Assembly: GCA_951406725.2 (NCBI GenBank)
Contig: OX597834.1
Span: 20,770,001-20,834,000 of the forward strand
From: Octopus vulgaris
Taxonomy: Eukaryota
Reading direction: 5' to 3'
DNA: 64,000 nt
Shown: positions 10,950 to 23,499 of the stretch, piece after piece
Layout of the letters: the number at the start of each line of letters is the position of its first letter
Numbering within the stretch: the first letter of the stretch is position 1
Notes under the pieces: model-generated
What the model saw: the letters and a program-made list of their open reading frames with translations, nothing else
Databases searched by the model: none
What the model was told of the DNA's origin: nothing
Made by a program: the position numbers and the translations under genes

Positions 10950-12060
10950 CCATCATCATTGCGACTGCTACTAACATCATCATCATCTTCATCATCTTTG
11001 TCATCCTAGTTTCTTTCCCTCATCATCATCATTGCAGTTATCATCATCATCATCATCATCATCACTGCCACCACCACAAACACTATTACCATCATCACCA
11101 CCATCATCATCATCATCATCATCATTGTTATACCATCCCTGTGATCATTGTCATTATCATCACTGCCACCACCACCACCACCACCATCTCACCCATCTCT
11201 GCCATCCTCACCTTCATAACCACCTCCACCATCATCATTATAACCACCCCCAGCTTTTTTCACCACCACTATCACCATGAATGTCATCATCACTGTCAGC
11301 ACCAGCATTATCAGCCATACCACTCTCTTCATCATCATCAGCATCATCATCATCACCATTCTCCTCCACCTCTACCACTGTCATCAGATCCTTCACCCTT
11401 ATAGCTGTTGTTGTTGTCCCCACCACTGTTACCACCACCACCGTCATCATCCTCATCCTCATCATTGTGTCACCATATCACAACCACCACCCACCATCAA
11501 CACACCCACCACCACATCATGCCCACCACCACCACCACCACTACCATCATAATCATCATCAGCGAGTCACCACATCACACCCACCACCAACACGCCCACT
11601 ACTACCACCACCACCACCATCATCGTCATCATTGTGTTACCACATCACATCCACCATCAACACACCCACCACCACCGCCACTACCATTGTCATCATCATC
11701 ATCATCATGTCACCACAACCACCACCAACACTGCCACCACCACCACTACCATTGTCATCATCATCATGTCATCACATCAAAACCACCACCACCAACACGC
11801 CCACTACTACCACCACCACCACCACCACCATCATCATCATTGTGTTACCACAGCACACCCACCATCAACACATCCACCACCACCACTACCATTGCCATCA
11901 TCCTCATCATCATCATCATGTCACCACGTCACACCCACCATCAACACACCCACTACCACCACTACCATTGTCATCATCATCCTCATCATCATGTCACCAC
12001 ATCACAACCACCACCAACACTGCCGCCACCACCACCACCACCATCACCACCACCATCTTC
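10950..12060. repeat. (CAC/CAT)n array with higher-order units
   Basis: Recurrent caccacatcacacccaccatcaacacacccac and ctaccattgtcatcatc blocks. Confidence 0.85.
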
Positions 12061-12217
12061 AGTATTCTAAGTCCTTATCGTTTGCATTGTTTACCATCTT
12101 CAGAAGTGCCACAAGAGACACTAGTACTCTTGCTGTTTCTGTGACTTCTTTACATTAAATGTCATCACAAATGGCGTTTAGTCTTATTTCACTATTTTCT
12201 TTATTATTATTATTATG

Positions 12218-12264
<47 letters not shown>

Positions 12265-12480
12265 AGGCAGTGTGCTGGCAGAATCATTAGCATGCCAGGT
12301 GAAATGCTTAACGGTGTTTCACTCGTTGATATGTACTGAGTTCAAATTCCACCGAGGTTGACTTTACCTGTCATCATTTCAGGGTTGATAAATTAAGTAC
12401 CAGTGAAAAACTGGGGCTGATGTAATGAACTGGTCCCTCCCACTAAATTTCAGGCCTTCTACCTTTAGTAGAAAGGATCA
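12265..12480 (+). mobile_element. SINE family B with (ATT)n tail
   Basis: ggcagtgtgctggcagaatcattagc...tagtagaaaggatcattattatt. Confidence 0.8.
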
Positions 12481-12529
12481 TTATTATTATTATTATTATT
12501 ATGATGATGATGATGATGATGATTATTAT

Positions 12530-12993
12530 GTTTTTTCCTTCTTTCTTCAAATTTTCTTCTGTTTCTCGCCGAGTGTTTTCCATACACCTAGGGCAGAGAA
12601 GGGCATTGTATGCATTCCCAGATTACACACGCAAATTCACAGATAAAATATGTATTTAAAAATTAATAAATAAATAAATTCATGGATGGATGTTATTTTC
12701 ACAGCGATAATGCTCTTCTCAGTACATGAGCCATTCCAGTTAATACAAATTTTTGCACTTCCTATAGAGATGGTAAGCCTGGAATCATTTTCAAATAGGT
12801 TTCAGTACCTTTTTTTTATCATTCCTAGAGATCCTACAATCACTGGTACTGTAGTCGTCTTGAGATGCCACATTTTTTCAATTTCTATTAGCAGGTCTTT
12901 ATATTTACTAATCTTGTCAAATTCTTTCACCGCTATATTGTGATCACAGAGAATACTCATGTCAATTAATAAACACATCCTTTTTCTCTGAAC

Positions 12994-12997
<4 letters not shown>
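12530..12997 (-). mobile_element. R4/Dong-type non-LTR retrotransposon 3' fragment (restriction-like endonuclease) in (TAA)n
   Basis: CLLIDMSILCDHNIAVKEFDKISKYKDLLIEIEKMWHLKTTTVPVIVGSLGMIKK...EVQKFVLTGMAHVLRRAL; bounded by TAA repeats; 3' UTR sister at 36702-36850. Confidence 0.85.
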
Positions 12998-13032
<35 letters not shown>

Positions 13033-13055
13033 CATTATTATTATCATTATTATTA

Positions 13056-13114
<59 letters not shown>

Positions 13115-13359
13115 TCTACCATTATCATCAACATCATTACCTTGATCATCATTGCTATGAGCACTGTGTGTAATTATTGACTGATCTGCACAAACTGATG
13201 GCATGGACAGGTTTTCTCCAACATTCTAGAATTTTCCTTCAAGTCCCCTTTAAAAACTCTTTGGCACACATTTCTACCATCCAGATGACCCAGGAAGGCA
13301 GCTGAGACAGATGGCACAGATAGGTTGCGGATACAGCACATTTGTTTTTAGATATGTAG

Positions 13360-13770
13360 TCACAGGAGTGGCTTTGTGGTAAAGTAGCTTGCTTACCAAC
13401 CACATGGTTCTGGGTTCAGTCCCACTGCGTGGCATCTTGGGCAAGTGTCTTCTGCTATAGCCTCAGGCCAACCAATGCCTTGTGAGTGAATTTGGTTGAC
13501 GGAAACTGAAAGAAGCCTGTCGTATATATGTATATATATATGTATGTGTGTGTATGTTTGTGTGTCTGTGTTTGTCCCCCTAGCATTGCTTGACAACCGA
13601 TGCTGGTGTGTTTACATCCCCGTCACTTAGCGGTTCGGCAAAAAGAGACCGATAGAATAAGTACTAGGCTTACAAAGAATAAGTCCCAGGGTCGAGTTGC
13701 TCGATTATAGGCAGTGCTCCAGCATGGCCGCAGTCAAATGACTGAAACAAGTAAAAGAGTAAAAGGGTAA
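13360..13770 (+). mobile_element. SINE family A, full length
   Basis: A box tggctttgtgg, B box ggttcagtccc, cttgggcaagtgtctt, internal TA/TG tract, (gtaaaaga)n tail. Confidence 0.9.
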
Positions 13771-14467
13771 GCCACATATCGTATCAATAACCCGCAGTAA
13801 ACTCCAAGCTGTATCTCTCTTCCCCAGTATGTAATTATTGTCGTTGGTACCTATAAAGGGCCAACGCAATTAGTCCCTATGTGCGATGATAAAATCTTCT
13901 GTTAATTCAGATACCTTTACACGCAGCCCAAGGAATATATCTCTATTCATTAAGTCAACCAACTACCACGGCAGCCAACAACAATACTCACATAACAAAA
14001 TTAATTACCTAACTGTCTCTAGATCTAATTTTTGTAGGTTGTTATTGAGGTGGTGCCAGGGATAATTAAGAACAGATATTAAGGCAAAGATCAGGCTATA
14101 ATATATGCTATTTGTGTTAGGAAATCGACCATTTAGGAGAGCATTTTTATTTATTCTGGTGCCATTCTTGTTTTCCTAACAATTTCCATTATCACAATTT
14201 ATCTCCATTATAAAACATTATTCTAGCATTTATTTATTTATATTAGTTTTTTTTTTTTTACACAAAGGATTGTTGATAGAAAAATTGTTGACAATGTTGC
14301 TCGTCAGCTCCGTTTAGAGAAGGTCAGTTAGGCAGGACAACGAACTACCATACACAAACACATGATAAAATGTTGAACAATTTACAACTGTTTAAGCTTC
14401 AACCATTTTGCTATCACATTCCTCCATTCCTCTTGAAATATAGTCTTTGGTTCAATTAATCTTACAA

Positions 14468-15038
14468 GGTGCAGGAGTGGCTGTGTGGTAAGTATCTTGC
14501 TTACCAACCACATGGTTCCGGGTTCAGTCCCACTGCGTGGCACCTTGGGCAAGTGTCTTCTACTATAGCCTCGGGCCGACCAAAGCCTTGTGAGTGGATT
14601 TGGTGGACAGAAACTGAAAGAAGCCCGTCGTATATGTGTATTTATTCTTTTCTGTGTATCTTTCTGTTGAAGAGCGTAGGCTCGAAACGTAAAAGACTTG
14701 TTTTATTTATATTCCTGAGCGCCATACTAATACAATTGTTTGTTTGTATTCCACCTGCCTTCGTCTTTTGTTTATTTTCATAAAGCTTCCCGTTATATAT
14801 ATATATATGTGTGTCTATGTTTGTGTGTCTGTGTTTGTCCCCCTAGCATTGCTTGACAACCAATGCTTATGTGTTTATGTCCCCGTCGCTTAACGATTCG
14901 GCAAAAGAGACCGATAGAATAAGTACTGGGCTTGCAAAGAATAAGTCCTGGGGTCGATTTGCTTGATTAAAGGCGGTGCTCCAGCATGGCTGCAGTCAAA
15001 TGACTGAAACAAGTAAAAGAGAGTAAGGAGTAAAGAGA
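14468..15038 (+). mobile_element. SINE family A, full length, interrupted in its TA tract by a family F element
   Basis: Head 14468-14632, insert about 14640-14793, 3' half resumes about 14810. Confidence 0.85.
14640..14793 (+). mobile_element. Family F: (TA)n-embedded short element with hammerhead-like motif at 14659-14696
   Basis: TCTTT-CTGTTGA-A-GAGC-GTAG-GCTC-GAAAC-GTA-AAAGA; sisters at 24090-24272(-), 48660-48820(+), 50100-50285(+), 62480-62680(-), fragment at 20705-20760. Confidence 0.7.
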
Positions 15039-15764
15039 ATTAATGAAGAAATTAGCAAACTAACTTTATTATTATTAATCTAGTGTTTGGAACATAAATT
15101 AACATGAAATTTTTGATGGAATGTTTTATTGAAGATCACTTTAACCATTTTGTTACCATATTTCTGTTGAAATACATTGCCTTTTGGTTAAATAATTTGT
15201 CTGAGTAACTAAGAAATTAGTAAAATAATTTTTGTCATTATTAAGTTGGTGTCTGGAATATAAATCAGCATTAAATTTTGATAGAATCTTTTAATTTACA
15301 TCACTTTAACCCTTCTGTTGTATTGCTGTCTTTGGTTCAAAAAATGTTATCATTAAAGAAAAAATTAGTAAATTAACTTTCGTTATCATTAACCTGCTGT
15401 TTGGAATTAAAACTAGTAGGAAATTTTTATGAAAGGTTTTAATTTAGATCACTTTAACCATTTTGTTGCCATATGTCTGTCGAAATACATTACCTTTTGG
15501 TTAAATTAATTGTGCAAGTAATTATGAATTGAGTAAACTAACTTTGTCATTATTAATCTGGTAAATCAACCTGAAACTATGATGGAGGTTTTGAATTTAG
15601 ATCACTTGAAAGCAAGAAGCTTTCTGCCACAGAACCAGGCATGGTCTCAGATAGGTTGTCCTCAAAAGGGTGGAAACAGATAAATGGAAAATAGAAACAG
15701 GAATTCCTTAGTCCCGACTTAGGAATAAACCCTTTTCACAACTCTGTTTCTATTTTCCATTTGA

Positions 15765-15884
15765 ATAGAGTTCAAAAAGGCTTACGACATGTTAGCACAT
15801 TCGTGGATTTTGGAAACACTCAACATGTGCGGAATAGCTGAGATCATGTGTGCACTAGTTAACAACAGCATGCCTAGTTGGAAA
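15765..15884 (+). mobile_element. R4/Dong-type reverse transcriptase fragment
   Basis: IEFKKAYDMLAHSWILETLNMCGIAEIMCALVNNSMPSWK matches the non-LTR RT pattern IDxxKAYDxVxHSWI. Confidence 0.7.
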
Positions 15885-16227
15885 AGGGTTGTGAAAAGAG
15901 TTTATTCCTAAGTCGGGACTTAGGTCTAATGATTGAAACAAGTAACAGATAGAAGGTATTTTAGTGTACGTGCATTTGTGTATACTTGTGTCTCCTTGCC
16001 TTGACATGAAGTGATTGTTGTAAACGAGTGTCCAGTCATACCTGCAGTGTCATACATTTCAAATATTCTGCCAATAGATGTTTGGCCTTGAGAAAATATT
16101 ACCTTGCTTGGAAAGAGGTGAAGGTTGGTGACAGGAAGAGCATCCTGCAGTAGAAACTCTACCTCACTAAATTCATATTTATATCACAGATTTATGAATT
16201 TATGTATGTATGTATGTATGTATGTAA

Positions 16228-16630
16228 GGCGTAGGAGTGGCTGTGTGGTAAGTAGCTTGCTTATGAACCACATTTTTCCTGGTTCAGTCCCACTGCATAG
16301 CACCTTGGGTAAGTGTTTGCTACTATAGCCTCAGGCCGACCAAAGCCTTGTGAGTGGATTTGGTAGATGGAAACTGAAAGAAGCCTGTCGTATATGTGTA
16401 TATATATATATGTATGTGTGTGTATATGTTTGTGTGCCTGTGTTTGTCCCCCCAACATCGCTTGACAACCGATGTTGGTGTGTTTATGTCCCCGTAACTT
16501 AGTGGTTCGGCAAAAGAGACCGATAGAATAAGTACTAGGCTTACAAAGAATAAGTCCTGGGGTTGACTTGCTCGACTAAAGGTGGTGCTCCAGCATGGCC
16601 ACAGTCAAATGACTGAAAGAAGTAAAAGAG
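16228..16630 (+). mobile_element. SINE family A, full length
   Basis: ggcgtaggagtggctgtgtggtaagtagcttgc ... gactgaaagaagtaaaagag. Confidence 0.9.
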
Positions 16631-17475
16631 TATGTATGTATGTATGTGTGTACATTCATATATATATATATATAGAACACCTGTTATACATTGGATGGAT
16701 GATAAGGATTACTCAACATCTGACCAATGTACAACAGGTGTAAGAATGTGTTGAAACAATTGTAGTGATTCTTTAAATAAAGAATGTCATTCATTCCATT
16801 TTCTATCATCTGTCATGTAAGAATGGAAAAGTGAATGTTAAATCAACAATGATGACCAACATCAGAGAGCCATGCGAAGCAAGCTGGCGTCAGTGGAATA
16901 CAAACTCAAAGCATGAAGAGATTTTAGTTCCACATCACCACCACCACCACCACCACTACTATTACCATCATTTCTGCTCTTCCACCGTATTCCACATTCG
17001 GCAATTCCTGTGGTTTCATTAACCACAAACGGTGAACCTGTTGTGACCAGAACCTCTCAAATAATTAAGTTAGATATGATATTTCGGTAATCCGATTCGT
17101 GTGTACACTCCTGGCTTTTTTGTAATTTAGAAGACCGGAAACATTTAGGAAATTATGTGATAGACACCAGTTTGTCTCTTGTTACAATAAGAGATAAAAA
17201 GCAACTATTTGAATAATTGAGGCCATTATCTTTTCTATTATTAGTATTATTTCTGTAGTGTGAGGACAGCTAGTATTCATTATTGAAGAGGTGGGATGGA
17301 GGGTGGGGAGCATTGATCAAAAGTTTGTCATGTCTTTTTTATGTTAGATAAGTATTTATTCCTTGGTGTATTTATCAGATCACACATAAATTTAGCCTAC
17401 ATAATGAGTAACTTCATACTTCCATCACTTTCCAAGTATTCTCTAACACCCTTTTCTCCACCTTCTCTCTCTCTC

Positions 17476-17524
<49 letters not shown>

Positions 17525-17609
17525 ATATATAAAGTTGATCCAAACATGAAAACACAAAGGAAAAACACAACAACGCGGGGACGTGAAACAAATATAGTAT
17601 TATTGGACG

Positions 17610-17661
<52 letters not shown>

Positions 17662-17792
17662 AAAATATATATATACATATATATACACATACAGATAGAT
17701 AGATAGATAGATAGATGTGTACATAGAGAGAGAGACGGAGAAAAGTGAATTGAGAGAGTGATGGGTGTATGAAGTTTTCATTATGTAGGCGA

Positions 17793-17834
<42 letters not shown>

Positions 17835-17989
17835 GCGTGTGTGTGTATATATATATATATATATACATACATCCATTTGGTGATATGTATATGTGTGTGC
17901 GTGTGTGTGTGTGTGTGTGCGTGTGTGTGTTGTGCTTGAGAAGAAGACCCATCAAGCCAAGTAAAATCACAGGTGTGGCAGATACTGGT

Positions 17990-18588
17990 GCAGTTCCAGA
18001 GCAGATGGTAGTGGGAAGGACAACATTGTTAATGAAAGAGGCTAATGTGGTTGAGGTCAAAGGACAATGAGGTTGGTAATTACTGAACCCATTGCTTGTC
18101 TTAACCTCCTATGGGAATTATTAACAGGTACCCTCACAGGATCAATATATATGTTCCTTGTGGAAAACAATCTACTGCCAGTAGAACAAAAGGGATGCTG
18201 AAAAGGATCCAAGAGCACCAAGGACCACCTTGTGATAGATAATAATTGATGTGGTAGTGCCAGGAGATCAACATATCATCATGAAAGAAAGAGAAAAGGT
18301 TGATAAATACAGAGACCTGAGAATTGAGACTGCAAAAATGTGGCAATAACGAGAGTCAAACCTAAAGGTTATCCCTATTGTCATCTGAGCATTAGGTTCA
18401 ATACCACCCAATCTGGAAAAAACATCTAAATTCTTTAGAAATACAAAAGTCGGCATTACTTGGAACTATACACATATTGCATAAAGTACTGAGATCCTTG
18501 TTGTGACTTGGCAGACAGTACAAACCCCCAGTAGACACAATATCTTCAGTCAGCAACCTCACAATATTGTATAATGTACAATGCATAT

Positions 18589-18590
<2 letters not shown>
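17990..18590 (+). mobile_element. Internally deleted R4/Dong-type element (RT N-part joined to RLE) followed by (TAA)n
   Basis: VPEQMVVGRTTLLMK..PIACLNLLWELLTG..NNLLPVEQKGC*KGSKSTKDHL, then IIDVVVPGDQHIIMKEREKVDKYRDLRIETAKMW..VIPIVI*ALGSIP. Confidence 0.8.
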
Positions 18591-18639
<49 letters not shown>

Positions 18640-19199
18640 TCTAATAGTAATGATGATGATGAAGATTTTTTAAAAATTGGTTTCAAATTTTGGCACAAGG
18701 CCAGCAATATCGGTAGAAGGGGGTTTAAGTCGATTACATTGACCCCAGTGTTCAACTGGTCCTCATTTTATTGATCCCTGAAAGGATGAAAAGCAATGTC
18801 AGCCTCAGCAGGATTTGAACCCAGAACTTAAAGCCAGAAGAAATGCTGCGAAACATCCTGTCTGGCATGGTAACGATCTGTCGGCTCACCACCTGCGGGT
18901 ATAGATTTTTATGATTTATTGGCATTTCTGCCAATAAATAATAATAATAATAATAATAATTTATAGACGCGCACATATATGTATGTGTTTCTATGCAATT
19001 GCTATTCACACCAAAATGCATGTAAGCACAATGAGTAAACATACATAAATATCTTTGAATGTATGTATATTTTAATGTATACTTCAGCACTTGAATTCAT
19101 AGACATATGTACAATCACGCATCCATAAAATATTGATACACGTAGAGATATAAGACATTATTTATCGATTTGCCAAACGTAGCATGCGCCTTCTTACGT

Positions 19200-19410
19200 C
19201 TTGCTTTTTTCTCCCTCCAGGTATCAGGGTGGAGAATATAACTATAATAAATCCCCTAAATACGAGCACTTAGGCTGTTTACCACGGTGTTACTAAGGAT
19301 ATATGCTTTTGTTACTGATCCCTCAGGGCTAAAAGGTTGAGTCAGCCTGAAGTTAACCTCTCAGGAATTATAACATGGAATGAAGAAGAAAACCAAGAAC
19401 CTGGAAGACA
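19200..19410 (-). mobile_element. Old SINE-like repeat; inverted sister at 63325-63540
   Basis: About 210 bp colinear with the reverse complement of 63325-63540; diverged version of the family B body. Confidence 0.7.
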
Positions 19411-19433
19411 TTTTATATAAATGTATTGTGTGC

Positions 19434-19486
<53 letters not shown>

Positions 19487-20038
19487 ATACATTATATATG
19501 CACACACATATATATGTGTATATACATATAAATTAAATTGGAGATAAAACCACTATTAGGCAACTCAAACAGTGATAGACATAAACCAAAACATAAGAAA
19601 CAAAAATATGTATATGTATATACATATAAAATGCATTATATATAATACATGATATATATACATAATACATGATATATACATATATAATACATTATATAAA
19701 CATATATATAATACATTATACACACACACATATATATAGAGATAGTCTATTGACTAATTTTTTCTTTCTCGCTAGACCACTGGTAACTAAGAATTTTTCT
19801 ATAAATATTCTTGCTAACCGAAGATTTTAATTATATATATATATATAAAATACATTGTGTATATATAATACATGATGCATCCATATATAATACGCTATAG
19901 TAGAGTTAGTGGTTGGAATAACCATCTAAGGGATAAGGGCTCTCAGATGGGATAAAGTTTTGTATTAAAAAAGATAATAATTGATGGCAGTCAATTGTCG
20001 TTGATCAAGATTGCTCCATTTTCTGCTTAATTTAAATT

Positions 20039-20070
<32 letters not shown>

Positions 20071-20759
20071 TGTGTGTGTGTGTTTTACACACATTTTACA
20101 CACACGCACACATGCACACACCATACATTCATTGTTAAATTTATACATGAGAATGTACAATGTGTATTGCTATTTAACCACAGATTCCACCGGTTGAAAT
20201 AGACACCTGGTTAAAAGGTGTTCCAGCCATAACTAACCCCTCTAATTTTCAGACTTAATCTATCTCAAACTACATCTTCTAATATGTTCCTTTTTTAGGT
20301 TGCACCAACTAGTGATATCAAATATATATCTGTTGCACAATTAACGAATGTATTTGGTGATGTACTCCTTGATAGACGATAGTTAAATGTAGGAGTAGGT
20401 GGTCACTACTGAATGAAGTGTTTTGTTCAAGAGCATGACATGCAGCCAGCCTGGGAACTGAACCCATGATTTCACAGTTGTGAATGCAATATGCCTAACC
20501 ACTGGGCCACACACCTTTACGCACACATACACACACAGTCACACACACACACACACACACATGCACACATGCATTTTGTATCTGGGGAGTGTCATTACAC
20601 CAGTAATAATTATCAATTTGCAAAACAAATATAAAAAAACAAAGTATATATATGTGTGTATATATATATATATGTATGTATAAATATATATAGATACATA
20701 TATATATGTTTTGTACTCCACCTGCCTTCGTCTTTTGTTTATTTTCGTAAACATTCCCG

Positions 20760-20799
<40 letters not shown>

Positions 20800-20912
20800 A
20801 AATATATATATACATATATATATATGTATGATGATGATATGTATAAATATATATATATATATATGTATATATATATGTATATATTTATGTATATATATAT
20901 ATATATATATTT

Positions 20913-20947
<35 letters not shown>

Positions 20948-20982
20948 CGCGCTAGTTAGCAGGCCGGAGTGCTTTTCTGGTA

Positions 20983-21041
<59 letters not shown>

Positions 21042-21342
21042 TGGTTGGCATTAGGAAGGGTATCCAGCTGTAGATACTTTACCAAATCAGATTGGAACTT
21101 GATGTAACTCTCCAGCTTACCAGTTTTGAGTTAAACCGTCCAACCCATGCCAGCATGGAAAACAGATGTTAAATGATGATGATGATGATGTATATATAGA
21201 TAGATAGATATGCATGAAAATATAAATATTATTAAAACAATATTAATATCCAGCAAGATGTTCAACTGCTATTTCTAGCAATGATTGTGCTTCGTGTACA
21301 CCTGCTTTATATATTTAGATAGATAGGTAGATAGATAGATGT

Positions 21343-21382
<40 letters not shown>

Positions 21383-22290
21383 TAGTGAGTGTCATTCTCA
21401 TGCAAATGGTACCATTCATTTCCAAACTTCCATGAAAACATGTCCGGCCATGGGGAAAATATTACCTTACTTGGAAAGAGGTCAGGCTTGGTGACAGGAA
21501 TGTGATATCCAGTCATAGAAAATCTACCTCACAGAACTCTCTCTGACCTACAGAAGCATGAAAAAGTGGACATTAAAACGTTAGATGATGTCAGTAATGA
21601 TGGATATATTTATATCTTTGTGTATGTGTGTTCACAAGCCTCTCGACTACATCTTCTTAAATAGGTGTCATTACCATCAGTTAAAGGGCCACATCACTTC
21701 TATTTATAAATAGAACAACAATTTATGGTTCATTTGTTTGTTATTTCAATAAATTTACCGCTAAACTAACTTTTGCCAAACTTTGAGGTTCAATCAAAAA
21801 TTTCTTTTTTCTCTCTCTCTCTCTCTCTGTTTCATCCAAAGCAAATTTCCGACACGATTAAGCTTTGCCTAACAACACTGGAAAACCGATCGGAAATATA
21901 ATAGACATTATTATACTCCAAAAATATAATTCTGCTTTTTGCATCAAAGATGTTATTAAAATATTGTTTCTAAATTGAGATTGTATGCAAAATAGTTTAT
22001 AAAGAAGGTAAATGACTACAAATAGATTGATATACATGAAACAGAATATATTTATGTTTGAGTACATGTATATACATAAATATATATTCAAGTCAGTGAA
22101 CTGGTAGGTCGCCAAAGAAAATGCTTAGTGGCAACTTGTCTGTCCTTGAGTTCATATTCCTCCAAGATTGACTGTCTTTCACCCTTTTGGGGTTGATGGA
22201 ATACCAGTTGGACGCTGGGGTCCATGTAATCAACTAGCTCCTCCCTGAAAAGTTCAGGCTCTGAGGTTATAGTAAAAAGGATATATTATA

Positions 22291-22641
22291 TATGTGTGAT
22301 CGTTGCCAGAGCAGCCAACTGGCTTCCGTACCCGTGGCACGTAAAAGGGCACCATTTGAGCGTGATTGTTACCAACATCACTTCACTGTTTCCTGTGTCG
22401 GTGGCACGTATAAAAAGTTTCAAGCAAGGTCGTTGCCAGTGCCGCCTGACTGGACCCCGTGTCGGTGGCACGTAAAAAGCACCCACTACACTCTCGGAGT
22501 GGTTGGCATTAGGAAGGGCATCCAGCTGTAGAAACTCTGCCAGATCAAGATTGAGCCTAGTGCAGCCATCTGGCTCGCCAGCCCTCAGTCAAAATCGTCC
22601 AACCCACGCTAGGATGGAAAGCGGACGATGATGATGATGAT
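22291..22641 (+). mobile_element. Retroposon family E with three internal ~65-bp subrepeats
   Basis: gtggcacgta three times; ggttggcattaggaagggcatccagctgtagaaac; (GAT)n tail. Confidence 0.8.
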
Positions 22642-22866
22642 GTGTGTGTGTGTGTGTGTGGAGGCATATGGCCTAGTGGTTAAGGATTGTGGGTTTGAAT
22701 CTCAGACCAGGCGATGTGTGTGTTTATGAGTGAAACACCTAAGCTCCACACGGCTCCGACAGAAGGTAATGGCAAACTTCTGCTGACTCTTTTGCCACAA
22801 CTTTCCTCCTGCATTTTGCAGCTCACCTGCGACAGACAAGATGAGGACAAATATCTGTCAAATGTA

Positions 22867-22895
<29 letters not shown>

Positions 22896-22898
<3 letters not shown>

Positions 22899-23435
22899 CT
22901 ATACAATATGTTACATTACTCGGTAGTCAAGATAAAACTCTGAGTTTCAGATGCCGAAGTGGAAATCCACAACACCATCTCTTCGGTTATCTGGCTATTC
23001 GGCATCTGAAACTCAGAGTTTTATCTTGACTACCGAGTAATGTAACATATTGTATAGATAAATTTCCTCTATTTACATAATATTGAGGTCTCTTTCTTTC
23101 TTTTGTTATCTTACCGTTTTATCAATAAATCACCTCCCGGACGACGTTATTCTCAACTAAGAGCTAATACGACCTTTTTGGGATTATCGCCTAACATCGG
23201 TTGAGGACTCTCACAAACAAAAGAATCTAATATGGACGCATATCACATAGATTATTCTATGAAAAAGGAAATAGCCAGATAACCGAAGAGATGGTGTTGT
23301 GGATTTCCACTTCGGCATCTGAAACTCAGAGTTTTATCTTGACTACCGAGTAATGTAACATATTGTATAGATAAATTTCCTCTATTTACATAATATTGAG
23401 GTCTCTTTCTTTCTTTTGTTATCTTACCGTTTTAT

Positions 23436-23440
<5 letters not shown>
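22896..23440 (+). mobile_element. Young Penelope-like insertion with inverted plus direct pseudo-LTR copies, in (TA)n
   Basis: 22896-22999 is the reverse complement of 23270-23373; 22998-23127 equals 23311-23440; hammerhead-like fold at about 23277-23339. Confidence 0.75.
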
Positions 23441-23491
<51 letters not shown>

Positions 23492-23499
23492 ATGTATAT

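Noticed and set aside
11032-12158. His/Pro/Thr-rich ORFs up to 287 aa (also 40443-40961)
   Set aside because: Open in several frames because of CAC/CAT composition; no splice or domain support
19200-19230. Strong ttttttctccctcCAG|GTATCA recursive-splice-like site
   Set aside because: Part of a dispersed repeat; the same sequence is inverted at about 63510-63535
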